Shown here piece by piece: positions 53,624-61,382 of a stretch of 61,382 bases of DNA. The stretch's first letter is position 1, and every line of letters begins with the position of its first letter. The position numbers and the translations under genes are program-made. Under the pieces are notes generated by a model that saw only the letters and a program-made list of their open reading frames with translations, was not told where the DNA came from and did no database searches. The stretch is from Patescibacteria group bacterium (GTDB taxonomy: Bacteria; Patescibacteriota; Minisyncoccia; Phycocordibacterales; PALSA-1337), in the NCBI GenBank assembly GCA_040388415.1, contig JAZKBV010000002.1, positions 1 to 61,382 of the forward strand, in the 5' to 3' direction.

Positions 53624-53698
53624 TGGGGTGGCTAGAGAGAATCGAACTCTCGATATCGGCTCCACAAACCGAAGTTTTACCACTAAACTATAGCCACC
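53624..53698 (-). tRNA. tRNA-His (anticodon GTG) with encoded G-1 and CCA
   Basis: Hand-folded cloverleaf: G(-1)GTGGCTA / D arm GTTT-AGTGGTA-AAAC / anticodon arm TCGGT-TTGTGGA-GCCGA / T arm GAGAG-TTCGATT-CTCTC / TAGCCAC-C-CCA. Confidence 0.9.
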
Positions 53699-53726
53699 AT
53701 ATTGCGAACCTATTCCCCGCTGACTA

Positions 53727-54284
53727 TTACTTATAACTTGGGGGTTGCTCAGTTATACCAGATTTATGGTTAGTAAGTCTAGCTAAAGCATAGAACAACG
53801 ATGAAAGTCGATTGAGAAATGCGAGTGTGGCGGGATCAAGAACAAATTCTTTTATCTCAGTTCCAGCCACGACACGACGCTCAGCTTTGCGGGCGAGGGT
53901 GCGAGAAACATCAAATAGCGCGGCAAGCTCAGTGCCTCCCGAGATGAAAAAAGTTTTTATCGGTGGCAATTCTTTTTCTGTCCAATCAATCCACGCTTCC
54001 ATCTCAGTGACCTTCGCCTGGCCTACCCGCTTGTCAGCGCCTGCCACTTCGGCCTGGACGGTGAATAGAGCGTTCTGCGCCCACAGGACGATATCAGCTG
54101 GCTTCTTTCCATCTACGAGCCATGTAGCCTCTGCTGACTTCAATTTCGCCAAACCAAGAAACGCACCGAGCTCATCGAGGGCACCGAGAGCTTCGGTCTG
54201 GCACGAACTTTTTGATTTGCGTTCGCCAGGACCGGATTTGAAATCCTTTGTGGTGCCGGCGTCGCCTTTGCGTGTGTAGAGCAT
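53727..54284 (-). CDS. PduO-type ATP:cob(I)alamin adenosyltransferase family protein
   Basis: Start set at MLYTRKGDAGTT (ATG 54284). EALGALDELGAFLG and the C-terminal LNRLSSLFYALAR are present. Confidence 0.85.
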   Translation of the reverse strand: MLYTRKGDAGTTKDFKSGPGERKSKSSCQTEALGALDELGAFLGLAKLKSAEATWLVDGKKPADIVLWAQNALFTVQAEVAGADKRVGQAKVTEMEAWIDWTEKELPPIKTFFISGGTELAALFDVSRTLARKAERRVVAGTEIKEFVLDPATLAFLNRLSSLFYALARLTNHKSGITEQPPSYK

Positions 54285-54290
54285 AGTGAT

Positions 54291-54298
54291 ATTATAAT
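54291..54298. promoter_or_regulatory. overlapping divergent -10 boxes (ATTATAAT) in the 33-bp intergenic region
   Basis: The minus-strand TATAAT (54291-96) is 6 nt from ATG 54284. The plus-strand TATAAT (54293-98) is 19 nt from the mscL ATG 54318. Confidence 0.45.
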
Positions 54299-54317
54299 AC
54301 AAATTAACAAACCTACT

Positions 54318-54638
54318 ATGAAAAATATCACTCAAGAATTCAAAACATTTATCATCAAGGGAAACGCCATCGAGCTCGCTATCGGCGTCGTTATCGGCAC
54401 TGCATTCAATGCCCTAGTCAACTCGCTCGTCAAAGACATTGTCTTGGGTATGATCGCTAACGTATTTTCTCAACCAGACTTTTCATCTTTTGCCTGGGGC
54501 GCAGTCAAATGGGGTTCATTTTTGAACGCCATCATCAACCTGCTCATCGTCGGACTTTCGGTATTCGTTGTGATCAAAGTCGTCAACAAACTGACTGGCG
54601 CAAAAATCGGCCAGCCAACAACGATTGAAGTACAGTAA
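54318..54638 (+). CDS. mscL: large-conductance mechanosensitive channel
   Basis: 106 aa with EFKTFIIKGNAIELAIGVVIGTAFNALVNSLVKDIV. Confidence 0.93.
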   Translation: MKNITQEFKTFIIKGNAIELAIGVVIGTAFNALVNSLVKDIVLGMIANVFSQPDFSSFAWGAVKWGSFLNAIINLLIVGLSVFVVIKVVNKLTGAKIGQPTTIEVQ

Positions 54639-54654
54639 CTCTGTGCGAACTCTG

Positions 54655-54738
54655 TGCGCGGGAGAAGACTCGAACTTCCATGCCCAAATGGGCGCTACCA
54701 CCTCAAGGTAGTGCGTCTACCAATTTCGCCACCCGCGC
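54655..54738 (-). tRNA. tRNA-Leu (anticodon GAG), long variable arm, no encoded CCA
   Basis: GCGCGGG acceptor, anticodon arm CTACC-TTGAGGT-GGTAG, variable arm CGCCCATTTGGGCAT, T arm GGAAG-TTCGAGT-CTTCT, CCCGCGC-A. Confidence 0.9.
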
Positions 54739-54784
54739 ATTTCAAAGGAGCTTGAACACTATAGCTGAAACGAAGCTATTTATC

Positions 54785-54808
54785 AACAAAAAACCGCCGA
54801 AGCGGTTT
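54785..54808 (-). terminator. intrinsic terminator after rplS
   Basis: AACCGC-cgaa-GCGGTT with a U-run on the minus strand. Confidence 0.8.
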
Positions 54809-54819
54809 TGATGTTGAAT

Positions 54820-55278
54820 TTATTTTGCTTCCGCAACAACCTCTTCCTTTTCTCCAACCTTTGTTCCCTTCTTGACGACATCTGTTGCGATGACTTCGTC
54901 TGGGTATTTTGTATCCATAACACGGCGCATCTTCTTGCGAATCTCCTTTGCAGCCTGCTCGCGAACGAAGTAGAGCTTCGCACGGCGAACCTTTGAGCGT
55001 CGGACGAGCTCGATCTCATCGATCATTGGAGAGTAGAGCGGGAAAATACGCTCAACTCCGATACCATCGATAACCTTACGAACAGTGAATGTAGCACCTG
55101 ACTCACTACCGTGCTTGTGTGACAAAACGAGACCTTCGAAAGCCTGGAGACGGAACTTACCCTTTGTTTCCTCAATCTTCTGCCATACGCGGACGAGATC
55201 ACCAGCGTGAATGTCGAGATTCTTGCGCGCTTCTGCGTTGATTGGGGTAACGATCTTAGTTGTTGCCTTGATTGACAT
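54820..55278 (-). CDS. rplS: 50S ribosomal protein L19 (with C-terminal extension)
   Basis: 152 aa with GDLVRVWQKIEETKGKFRLQAFEGLVLS...ATFTVRKV..GVERIFPLYSP. Confidence 0.95.
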   Translation of the reverse strand: MSIKATTKIVTPINAEARKNLDIHAGDLVRVWQKIEETKGKFRLQAFEGLVLSHKHGSESGATFTVRKVIDGIGVERIFPLYSPMIDEIELVRRSKVRRAKLYFVREQAAKEIRKKMRRVMDTKYPDEVIATDVVKKGTKVGEKEEVVAEAK

Positions 55279-55334
55279 AGTGGAAAGAGCTTATCATATG
55301 GGTAATAAATAATCAAGAAAAAGCTTTGATTTTA

Positions 55335-55365
55335 AGTAAAAAGCCAGGTCCGAAGATCTGGCTTG
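55335..55365 (-). terminator. intrinsic terminator after the small Cys-rich ORF
   Basis: AGCCAG-atcttcggac-CTGGCT followed by TTTTTAC on the minus strand. Confidence 0.7.
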
Positions 55366-55373
55366 AAACTAAC

Positions 55374-55592
55374 TTAGCGATACTCGCCTTCCTTTGAGTC
55401 CCATGGCGGTTCGGAATATTCAGGGCGATCAATGAAGACCGGCTGTAGATGTAGCCGCGGCCGTCCCTGTTGTGATTCAACAGAGACATGTTGTTCTGCC
55501 AAAAGAGATGGCGGAATCGGACAACGCTCAGTAATCTGAGTGTCAGTGCAGGTGCGAGACTTCGGACACAGTTCACATAATTTTGCGGGCAT
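55374..55592 (-). CDS. small Cys-rich hypothetical protein (72 aa)
   Basis: SD GGAAAGG 7 nt upstream of the ATG, with its own terminator. N-terminus is CELCPKSRTC...ERCP. About 55% G+C in the one line counted. The overlapping ORF 55313..55576 was rejected. Confidence 0.5.
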   Translation of the reverse strand: MPAKLCELCPKSRTCTDTQITERCPIPPSLLAEQHVSVESQQGRPRLHLQPVFIDRPEYSEPPWDSKEGEYR

Positions 55593-55670
55593 AAAATGAC
55601 CTTTCCATAACCGAATTCATGTTAACTATAACTCCGCCACGTCCCACTGCAATAGAGAAAAGTGGATATC

Positions 55671-57494
55671 TTAGACAACCCCGTCCTTTCTGCCCGCCTT
55701 TGATCTATCTGTTGGCGTCAAAAACTTCTTGCGCAAACGAACGTTGATAGGAGTGATTTCGAGATATTCATCGCCACGCATGAGTTCCAAACCTCGTTCG
55801 ATACTGAGCTCAAATGGCGGTACGAGCATGAGGGCCTCATCTTTTCCTGATGAACGCATATTACTCATCGCCTTACCCTTACATGGGTTCACGTCCATAT
55901 CATCACCCTTTGAAGTATCGCCAACAACCATACCCTCATATACCTCAACAGCAGCCCCAATGAAGAGACGTCCACGATCTTGGAGGTTCCAAAGTGAGAA
56001 ACCGAGCGATTTGCCTGACACCATCGATGTCATAGAACCTGTTTCGCGCTTTTCGATCTCACCAGCGTATGGTTTGAAATCGAGGAAACGACTTGCGAGG
56101 ATACCCTCACCCTTGGTGTCGATAACGAACACATTGCGATACCCAAGGAGACCACGTGTAGGAATTTCAAAGAGGATACGTGACTGACCTTCCTTTGTTT
56201 TCATATCTGTCATGACAGCTTTGCGCTTGCCGAGCTTGTCGATGATGGCGCCAGTGAACTCTTCTGGAATATCGATGGTGAGTTCTTCAAAAGGCTCTGA
56301 CTTGATCATCTTGCCAGACTCATCAGCAATATCTTTGACGATAACCTGTGGCTGAGAGACTTGCATTTCATATCCTTCGCGACGCATGTTCTCGAGGAGC
56401 ACAGCGATGTGGAGCTCGCCACGACCGAACACTTTGAAATATTCATTTGCAGAAAAATCCACCTTGAGACCAACGTTGATCTCGAGCTCTTTTTCGAGGC
56501 GCTCGCGGATCTGACGACCAGTAACGAACTTACCTTCCCTGCCAGCGAATGGAGAGTTGTTGACGAGGAAGTTCAAACTGATAGTAGGCTCATCGATCTT
56601 GATCGTTGGGAGCGCTTCGGTTGCTTCGTTGTCGACGAGCGTCTCACCGATATAAATATCAGGCAAACCAGCGACTGTGATGATGTCACCCGCAAAAGCT
56701 TCTTTTACCTCAACGCGCTTCTTACCCTCAAAAGTGAAAAGCTTGGTCACTTTGCCACTGAAAATCTTTCCCGTGATAATGTCTTTGACCCAGATATTTT
56801 GCTGATCCTTGATAGAACCATCATAAATACGACAAACACCGAGACGTCCGAGGAAGTTGTCATAGCCGAGGTTAAATACTTGTGCTTTGAGTGGATGGGT
56901 TGCTTGTTCAGCTGTATTGGCAGGTGGAACGTGACTCAAGATACAGTCGAGAAGCGGTGTTAGATCCTTTGACTCTTCAGTGAGGCTCATCTTTGCTATA
57001 CCCTGACGACCGATAGCGTAAACTGTTGGAAAATCAATCTGAGCATCATGCGCGCCAAGCTCGATGAAAAGTTCGAGCACTTGTTCGTGAACGAGATTTG
57101 GGTTTGCAGCTGGCTTGTCGATCTTGTTGATGATGACGATTGGCTTGAGGCCGAGCTCGAGAGACTTCTTCAATACGAAACGAGTCTGTGGCATAGGACC
57201 TTCTTGTGCATCAACTACAAGAAGAACAGTATCGATAGAACGGAGCACACGCTCAACCTCTGAACCGAAATCGGCGTGACCAGGAGTATCCACGATGTTA
57301 ATCTTGGTGCCCTTGTAGATGACCGAGGTATTCTTTGCGTAAATAGTGATACCACGCTCGAGTTCGAGCGCGTTACTGTCCATACTTCCCTCATCACCGT
57401 GACCACATTGGGTCATGATGGCATCGGTAAGAGTAGTCTTACCGTGGTCCACGTGAGCGATGATAGCTATGTTACGTATTTCTTGCTTGTCCAT
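55671..57494 (-). CDS. typA: translational GTPase TypA/BipA
   Basis: Start set at [22 protein letters not shown] (ATG 57494). DTPGHADF and NKIDK are present. Colinear with BipA. Confidence 0.95.
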   Translation of the reverse strand: MDKQEIRNIAIIAHVDHGKTTLTDAIMTQCGHGDEGSMDSNALELERGITIYAKNTSVIYKGTKINIVDTPGHADFGSEVERVLRSIDTVLLVVDAQEGPMPQTRFVLKKSLELGLKPIVIINKIDKPAANPNLVHEQVLELFIELGAHDAQIDFPTVYAIGRQGIAKMSLTEESKDLTPLLDCILSHVPPANTAEQATHPLKAQVFNLGYDNFLGRLGVCRIYDGSIKDQQNIWVKDIITGKIFSGKVTKLFTFEGKKRVEVKEAFAGDIITVAGLPDIYIGETLVDNEATEALPTIKIDEPTISLNFLVNNSPFAGREGKFVTGRQIRERLEKELEINVGLKVDFSANEYFKVFGRGELHIAVLLENMRREGYEMQVSQPQVIVKDIADESGKMIKSEPFEELTIDIPEEFTGAIIDKLGKRKAVMTDMKTKEGQSRILFEIPTRGLLGYRNVFVIDTKGEGILASRFLDFKPYAGEIEKRETGSMTSMVSGKSLGFSLWNLQDRGRLFIGAAVEVYEGMVVGDTSKGDDMDVNPCKGKAMSNMRSSGKDEALMLVPPFELSIERGLELMRGDEYLEITPINVRLRKKFLTPTDRSKAGRKDGVV

Positions 57495-57607
57495 GTAATA
57501 AAATGAGTTTAATAAGGTTTTTATAGTTACGCCGAAGTTGAGGGATAATTTAAACAAAAAATCGCCTTCAAGTCAAGCGATTACCTTGCAGTAAGGTACT
57601 TTGGTCT

Positions 57608-57853
57608 CTAGAAGAAAATAACATAGGTCGCCAGCACAATCGCCATCATCAACAGAAAAGGGGTCAAGATATGATGCACTGCCTTTTTTGGCGAAACTGA
57701 CTCATGATCCTTGAACATAAAATAAATCAGAAACACGGTTACGATGGCGACAAAAACACTCCAGATTCGATGCGGATACCACCCGTACTTAACATCGACA
57801 ATGCCGAGCACCGAGATGATGAATGGAAGGATTCTCCCAAATCGAGGAATCAT
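57608..57853 (-). CDS. small 3-TM membrane protein (hypothetical)
   Basis: 81 aa, hydrophobic. Confidence 0.55.
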   Translation of the reverse strand: MIPRFGRILPFIISVLGIVDVKYGWYPHRIWSVFVAIVTVFLIYFMFKDHESVSPKKAVHHILTPFLLMMAIVLATYVIFF

Positions 57854-57858
57854 AGTAG

Positions 57859-58707
57859 CTATATTGTATCAGAAATACCAAGTTCTTTACATGCGTTTTT
57901 GAAATCCTTTGGCAGAGGTGCCTCAACTTTCACCTTCTCCCCTTTCACAGTTGTAAACTCGATGGAACGAGCATGGAGCGCAGTGCGCTCGAATCCAAGC
58001 ATCATAGGGCGATTTGGGGCATAGAGCGTATCTCCTACCACTGGATGCTGTATCGCTGAGAAGTGCACGCGGATCTGATGCGTGCGTCCAGTTCTCGGTT
58101 CAGCTTCCATGAGCGTGAATCTTTGCTTACTCTCTGTGGCATCCATATTTCTTCCTGATGAAGCAGTGAGCTTCATAGGAACAACGACAGTGGCGAGTTT
58201 TGTCCAATACGTTTCAGCTTCACGCTCTACCCCACGACTACCACGACTCGCCGAATATCTGCGGAAATCTGAACCACTACGACCGATAGGACGAGTGATA
58301 GTACCGAACTCTTCTTTGAGATCTCCCCAGACAAAAGCAACATATTTCTTTTTCATCGTTCTATCTTGAAACTGTTGTTTGAGATGAGCGTGACCTTTGG
58401 CGGTTTTTGCAATAAGAAGAACGCCCGATGTCTCACGGTCGAGACGATGAACGATGCCTGGACGGATGATCTCAGTCCCATCAGGGGTGCGAGAAGGCTC
58501 CCCCACGTTTTTGGTGCGAGGAAATTCTTTGACAACCCAGTCGGTGATGAATGGTCCTGGCGCACGGCCATCTGGGTGCACCATGAGGCCCGCAGGCTTG
58601 TCGATGGCCACAATATCAGCATCCTCATAAAGGATAGTGATCTTGGGGATCTTCATCGCTTTGCGTGGAGCGCTCTGTTGCGTCTTTTTTGATGACTTAT
58701 TGCTCAT
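57859..58707 (-). CDS. RluA-family pseudouridine synthase
   Basis: HRLDRETSGVLLIAKT catalytic motif and GRTHQIRVH. Start set at ATG 58707 (MSNKSSKK...), 6 nt after a TATATT box. ATG at MKIPKITILY is an alternative start. Confidence 0.85.
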   Translation of the reverse strand: MSNKSSKKTQQSAPRKAMKIPKITILYEDADIVAIDKPAGLMVHPDGRAPGPFITDWVVKEFPRTKNVGEPSRTPDGTEIIRPGIVHRLDRETSGVLLIAKTAKGHAHLKQQFQDRTMKKKYVAFVWGDLKEEFGTITRPIGRSGSDFRRYSASRGSRGVEREAETYWTKLATVVVPMKLTASSGRNMDATESKQRFTLMEAEPRTGRTHQIRVHFSAIQHPVVGDTLYAPNRPMMLGFERTALHARSIEFTTVKGEKVKVEAPLPKDFKNACKELGISDTI

Positions 58708-58713
58708 ATGATG

Positions 58714-58719
58714 AATATA
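58714..58719 (-). promoter_or_regulatory. -10 TATATT, 6 nt before ATG 58707
   Basis: TATATT-catcat-ATG. Confidence 0.35.
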
Positions 58720-58828
58720 CGCTATTGTATCGGGTAAGGCAAAGAAATATTCAAAATTCTGGTCGAAAACTTTTTCAGTGCTTTGCACAGAAAAAGTCTT
58801 TCGATCCGAATTTTGAGATGCAAAATTC

Positions 58829-58901
58829 GGGCGATTAGCTCAGTTGGTAGAGCAATCCATTTACACTGGAAAGGTCACAGGTTCGAGTCCTGTATCGCCC
58901 A
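58829..58901 (+). tRNA. tRNA-Val (anticodon TAC), no encoded CCA
   Basis: GGGCGAT-TA-GCTC-AGTTGGTA-GAGC / anticodon arm ATCCA-TTTACAC-TGGAA / AGGTC / T arm ACAGG-TTCGAGT-CCTGT / ATCGCCC-A. Confidence 0.9.
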
Positions 58902-58948
58902 CATAAACAAAAAACACCTTTGCGGTGTTTTTTGTTTATGTGGGCGAT
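58894..58948 (+). terminator. 25-bp perfect inverted repeat (hairpin) starting inside the tRNA-Val 3' acceptor strand
   Basis: ATCGCCCACATAAACAAAAAACACC-tttgc-GGTGTTTTTTGTTTATGTGGGCGAT. Confidence 0.6.
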
Positions 58949-59061
58949 CGAGGAGCATTGCTCCGAGAAGGACTCGAAAAGTCTGAGTATATTTTCAAGG
59001 AGTTTTACTCCGAGAAAATACGGAGACTGTACTGCGCCTGTAAGGCGAGAGTCCACTAGCC

Positions 59062-59286
59062 TTACATCTGTGCTGGAGCGGCTGGAGCTGAAACTGAGCA
59101 ATTCTTACAATCCTTCTTGTGTGTGACGACAAGATAGATAGCTGAGAGACCGACGAGGATATAGACAATCTTTGCAATGACTACACCAAGATACATAACA
59201 ACGTCGAGGTTAAAGAGACCGACGAGGAGCCAGTTCAAACCACCGATAATAACGAGAATAAACGCAATAGCGTGTGCTGCTTTCAT
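59062..59286 (-). CDS. DUF378-family small membrane protein
   Basis: 74 aa with IAFILVIIGGLNWLLVGLFNLDVV. Confidence 0.8.
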   Translation of the reverse strand: MKAAHAIAFILVIIGGLNWLLVGLFNLDVVMYLGVVIAKIVYILVGLSAIYLVVTHKKDCKNCSVSAPAAPAQM

Positions 59287-59328
59287 GTTAATGAAATTAT
59301 TAGCTGATAATGATAATTACCTGCTGTA

Positions 59329-59337
59329 ATTGTACCA
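59329..59337 (-). promoter_or_regulatory. extended -10 TGGTACAAT upstream of the DUF378 gene
   Basis: TGGTACAAT 42 nt upstream of ATG 59286. Confidence 0.4.
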
Positions 59338-59396
59338 CAACAGCACCTCATTAAAAGGGAGATATGCACATGATATAAACAACTTATACACTTTTA

Positions 59397-59471
59397 TGGT
59401 CCTTCCGGTTGGAATCGAACCAACATCAACGGCTTAGAAGTCCGCTGTTCTATCCATTGAACTACGGAAGG
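59397..59471 (-). tRNA. tRNA-Arg (anticodon TCT) with encoded CCA
   Basis: CCTTCCG-TA-GTTC-AATGGATA-GAAC / anticodon arm GCGGA-CTTCTAA-GCCGT / T arm GTTGG-TTCGATT-CCAAC / CGGAAGG-A-CCA. Confidence 0.88.
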
Positions 59472-59812
59472 GATGGATCTTTAGGTCCTATATAACCTTT
59501 ACTTAACATTACCCTCTCATTGGCACGAGCGTCAAATGTTGCTATCGCATTTTTGAGCTTATCGACGTCAAAATGTGACGCAGCAGTCGAAGCAGGCAGA
59601 ACTGTTCCTTGTCCTTGCAGATCTGTTTGTGTCTGGATATATACATATCCCCCTACCCCGATGAGCGAGCCAGCGACTATACATGTTAGCGCAATGATAA
59701 GCGCCCAATCAGTGAATGCATCGTTGCCGACAGAAGACCAGTAGTGGACATAGCCCGGCTGGTTTCGCTGGTTAGAGTTTTTCTTATTAAAAAATGAAAA
59801 GATATTATGCAT
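59462..59812 (-). CDS. membrane-anchored hypothetical protein, last gene of the pil-like operon
   Basis: 116 aa with one TM (WALIIALTCIVAGSLIGVGGYVYI). The stop codon lies 10 nt inside the tRNA-Arg 5' end. Confidence 0.6.
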   Translation of the reverse strand: MHNIFSFFNKKNSNQRNQPGYVHYWSSVGNDAFTDWALIIALTCIVAGSLIGVGGYVYIQTQTDLQGQGTVLPASTAASHFDVDKLKNAIATFDARANERVMLSKGYIGPKDPSLP

Positions 59813-59827
59813 AAATGATGAGGAATA

Positions 59828-60400
59828 TTATGGCGTAGAAACCGCTGATGCAGCAGAGACAAGCACTGCTGCTTGAATATCAAATGAGATGCTCCATGTT
59901 GGCTGTTTCTTTTCATCGAGCGCTCCTCCGCTCAAACGCACATGACTGACAGTCGCCGCATAGGGCATATGCTCAGCAAGATCGAGGAGACGCAGCGCCG
60001 ATGCCCATGTGCCCGATGCATCGATATGTCCGTGCGCACGCCCAACTGTGCCGGGAACAGCATTCGTCAGCGGATCGGAGTCGATGCCAGTCAGACTCAA
60101 TGTCGTTCCAGATTGAGGACCAAGAGCTTCCAGCGTAGTGATGAACGACACCACATCGTCAGCAGGAATGAAGAAACTTTGCATGACCGACCGGTCGAGC
60201 GCGGTATCTGAGGCGATGGCCGAAAGTTTTTTTGCTTGAGCTTGATCGTTCTGCTCAGTCGCGACGATATCACGCGCTAATCCCGCTCTCGATACTGATA
60301 CAGAGGTTGCATGATACATGTATGCATAGAGCGCACTCACCATCAGCGTGACTGAGAAAGCGAATATGAGCAGCGGTATATGGCTATGCGAGTGTTTCAT
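59828..60400 (-). CDS. pilO: PilO-like type IV pilus assembly protein (putative)
   Basis: 190 aa with an N-terminal TM then a coiled/ferredoxin-like region. Its ATG overlaps the pilN-like stop (TAATG). The call rests mainly on position after pilM and pilN. Confidence 0.5.
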   Translation of the reverse strand: MKHSHSHIPLLIFAFSVTLMVSALYAYMYHATSVSVSRAGLARDIVATEQNDQAQAKKLSAIASDTALDRSVMQSFFIPADDVVSFITTLEALGPQSGTTLSLTGIDSDPLTNAVPGTVGRAHGHIDASGTWASALRLLDLAEHMPYAATVSHVRLSGGALDEKKQPTWSISFDIQAAVLVSAASAVSTP

Positions 60401-60942
60401 TAGAGTGTTTCAGTTACTTGAATTGAGAAATGTATATCGGTATCCCGAGTCAGAGCTGATATAGGCAGATCTACCACGACTTTTTTTGACATGCCGATCA
60501 ATCGACTCTTGAATGACAGGAGATCATTTCTGGTCGGCGCCGTTCCGGACAAAGTGATCTTCATGCCTGCGGGGCTCACTGTATACTCCATGGTAAAGCC
60601 TGTTATCGTGACGGGACCTCGGAGAGATACGATCGTATTTATAGTCATATAGAACACGCTCGGCTGAAGATATTCGTCAAGCGTATTCAGGAGAGCGGCG
60701 CTCTGCGCAAGCTGTTGTTGCGTCGAAGTAAGCGAAGCAGCATCGATGCTCTTTTTGAATTCAGCCACTTGTCCCAAGTGCAGGCGCTCTGCGTACACTG
60801 AATATACATATGCTGGAAAAAGTGAGCCGACACCAATCACAAAAGATATTGATATGAAAAAGAAGAGAACGATCAATACGCGTATGCGATATTCTCGCTG
60901 TATTCCCCGCTGCTCGGCATATGGTAAAAAAGTGTAGCTCAT
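60400..60942 (-). CDS. pilN: PilN-like type IV pilus assembly protein
   Basis: Start set at MSYTFLPYAEQRGIQREYRIRV (PilN-type xxLLP...R motif), followed by one TM. Lies 4 nt after the pilM stop. Confidence 0.65.
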   Translation of the reverse strand: MSYTFLPYAEQRGIQREYRIRVLIVLFFFISISFVIGVGSLFPAYVYSVYAERLHLGQVAEFKKSIDAASLTSTQQQLAQSAALLNTLDEYLQPSVFYMTINTIVSLRGPVTITGFTMEYTVSPAGMKITLSGTAPTRNDLLSFKSRLIGMSKKVVVDLPISALTRDTDIHFSIQVTETL

Positions 60943-60946
60943 AAAA

Positions 60947-61382
60947 TTAGAGTGCGAGGCCCGCAGCCGGCGCATATTCGAATGAATCAGATTTTACTAT
61001 CGGTGGCACATATCTATTGGTATTCAAGATGCTCTTCCATACATCGACCGCTTCTACCATAAAAGCATCCGAAACTTTCATGTGCAGCGCGCTCACTATA
61101 CGTTCTGCATCATGCCCTGTGATCACGACTTTTTTTATTGGCTGACTGTTGCTTTCAGTTTTTGTCGCCCAATATGTGCTGACGCGCCCGATCTCTGCAA
61201 TCAGTGCGTCTACGTACTCCACAGAGTCCGCTTCATCTGATCCAACGGATATCGTCGAAGTAAACCCGACTGTGCGCTGAGAAACTATGTAGATGCCGGT
61301 TTTGCGCTTCATGGCATGGACAACAATCAAGTCGAGATCATCCTGCGTGGATATGACGCGCGCGATGGCACGAGGAGTGGTT
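60947..61382 (-). CDS. pilM: type IV pilus assembly ATPase-fold protein PilM, C-terminal part (partial, continues past window end)
   Basis: The frame stays open to the window edge. The sequence ends ...VVITGHDAERIV...FEYAPAAGLAL, typical of the PilM C-terminus. Confidence 0.7.
   Translation of the reverse strand, partial: TTPRAIARVISTQDDLDLIVVHAMKRKTGIYIVSQRTVGFTSTISVGSDEADSVEYVDALIAEIGRVSTYWATKTESNSQPIKKVVITGHDAERIVSALHMKVSDAFMVEAVDVWKSILNTNRYVPPIVKSDSFEYAPAAGLAL

Noticed and set aside
54637-54658. Perfect 11-nt tandem duplication (aactctgtgcg x2) spanning the mscL stop codon and the tRNA-Leu 3' end, considered as an integration-site scar.
   Set aside because: It is too short to distinguish from chance or slippage. 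No integrase, second distant repeat copy or island-like content is nearby.
55313-55576. 87-aa ORF overlapping the 72-aa Cys-rich ORF in another frame.
   Set aside because: It lacks an SD, and its 3' end runs into the terminator hairpin and beyond. The 55374..55592 frame has the SD and terminator geometry.

Overview
This is a dense, mostly minus-strand housekeeping stretch read with the standard genetic code (long ORFs, no in-frame stop problem). The gene content looks like a reduced-genome Patescibacteria/CPR-type bacterium; that placement is inference, not proof. Supporting features: a 23S rRNA 5' end with no 16S upstream, secE-nusG-rplK without rplA, a pilMNO operon, many large secreted or anchored surface proteins, and a DsbA/VKOR pair.

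Recognisable content:
- Partial 23S rRNA and 4 tRNAs (His-GTG, Leu-GAG, Val-TAC, Arg-TCT).
- Ribosomal proteins L7/L12, L10, L11, L19, S6 and S18.
- secE, nusG, efp, typA.
- Four aminoacyl-tRNA synthetases (metG, glyQS, ileS, argS).
- recA, recO, ssb, ftsK.
- RNA-modification enzymes (queA, rlmH, trhO, an RluA-family synthase, an RlmI/K-like methyltransferase).
- uppP, mscL, and a RelE/ParE-type toxin-antitoxin pair.
- A compact deoxypyrimidine/folate block (glyA, tmk, dCMP-deaminase-like, ThyA-family, Dcd-family, DHFR-like, HD nucleotidase, folD).

Observations most worth a second look:
1. IleRS carries a ~195-aa in-frame histidine-phosphatase (PGAM-type) domain nested inside its catalytic core.
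2. The ThyA-family enzyme has Asp where thymidylate synthases have the dUMP-specifying Asn (E. coli N177). The adjacent Dcd-family protein lacks the deaminase Glu. Together with the neighbours this suggests a non-canonical pyrimidine C5-modification or thymidylate route.
3. At least ten genes have a -10 box (often extended, TGnTAnnnT) exactly 6 nt upstream of the ATG. This suggests widespread leaderless mRNAs, including two tiny divergent intergenic regions with shared or overlapping -10 boxes.
4. Two ~0.3-0.45 kb non-coding, non-AT-rich, hairpin-rich regions flank glyA and end in intrinsic terminators. I could not assign either to a known RNA family.
5. A secreted beta-helix protein is fused to an LCAT/PGAP1-type lipase.

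No CRISPR array, transposase or integrase was seen. All coordinates and motifs were read by eye from the sequence, and family assignments rest on remembered motifs, not database searches.
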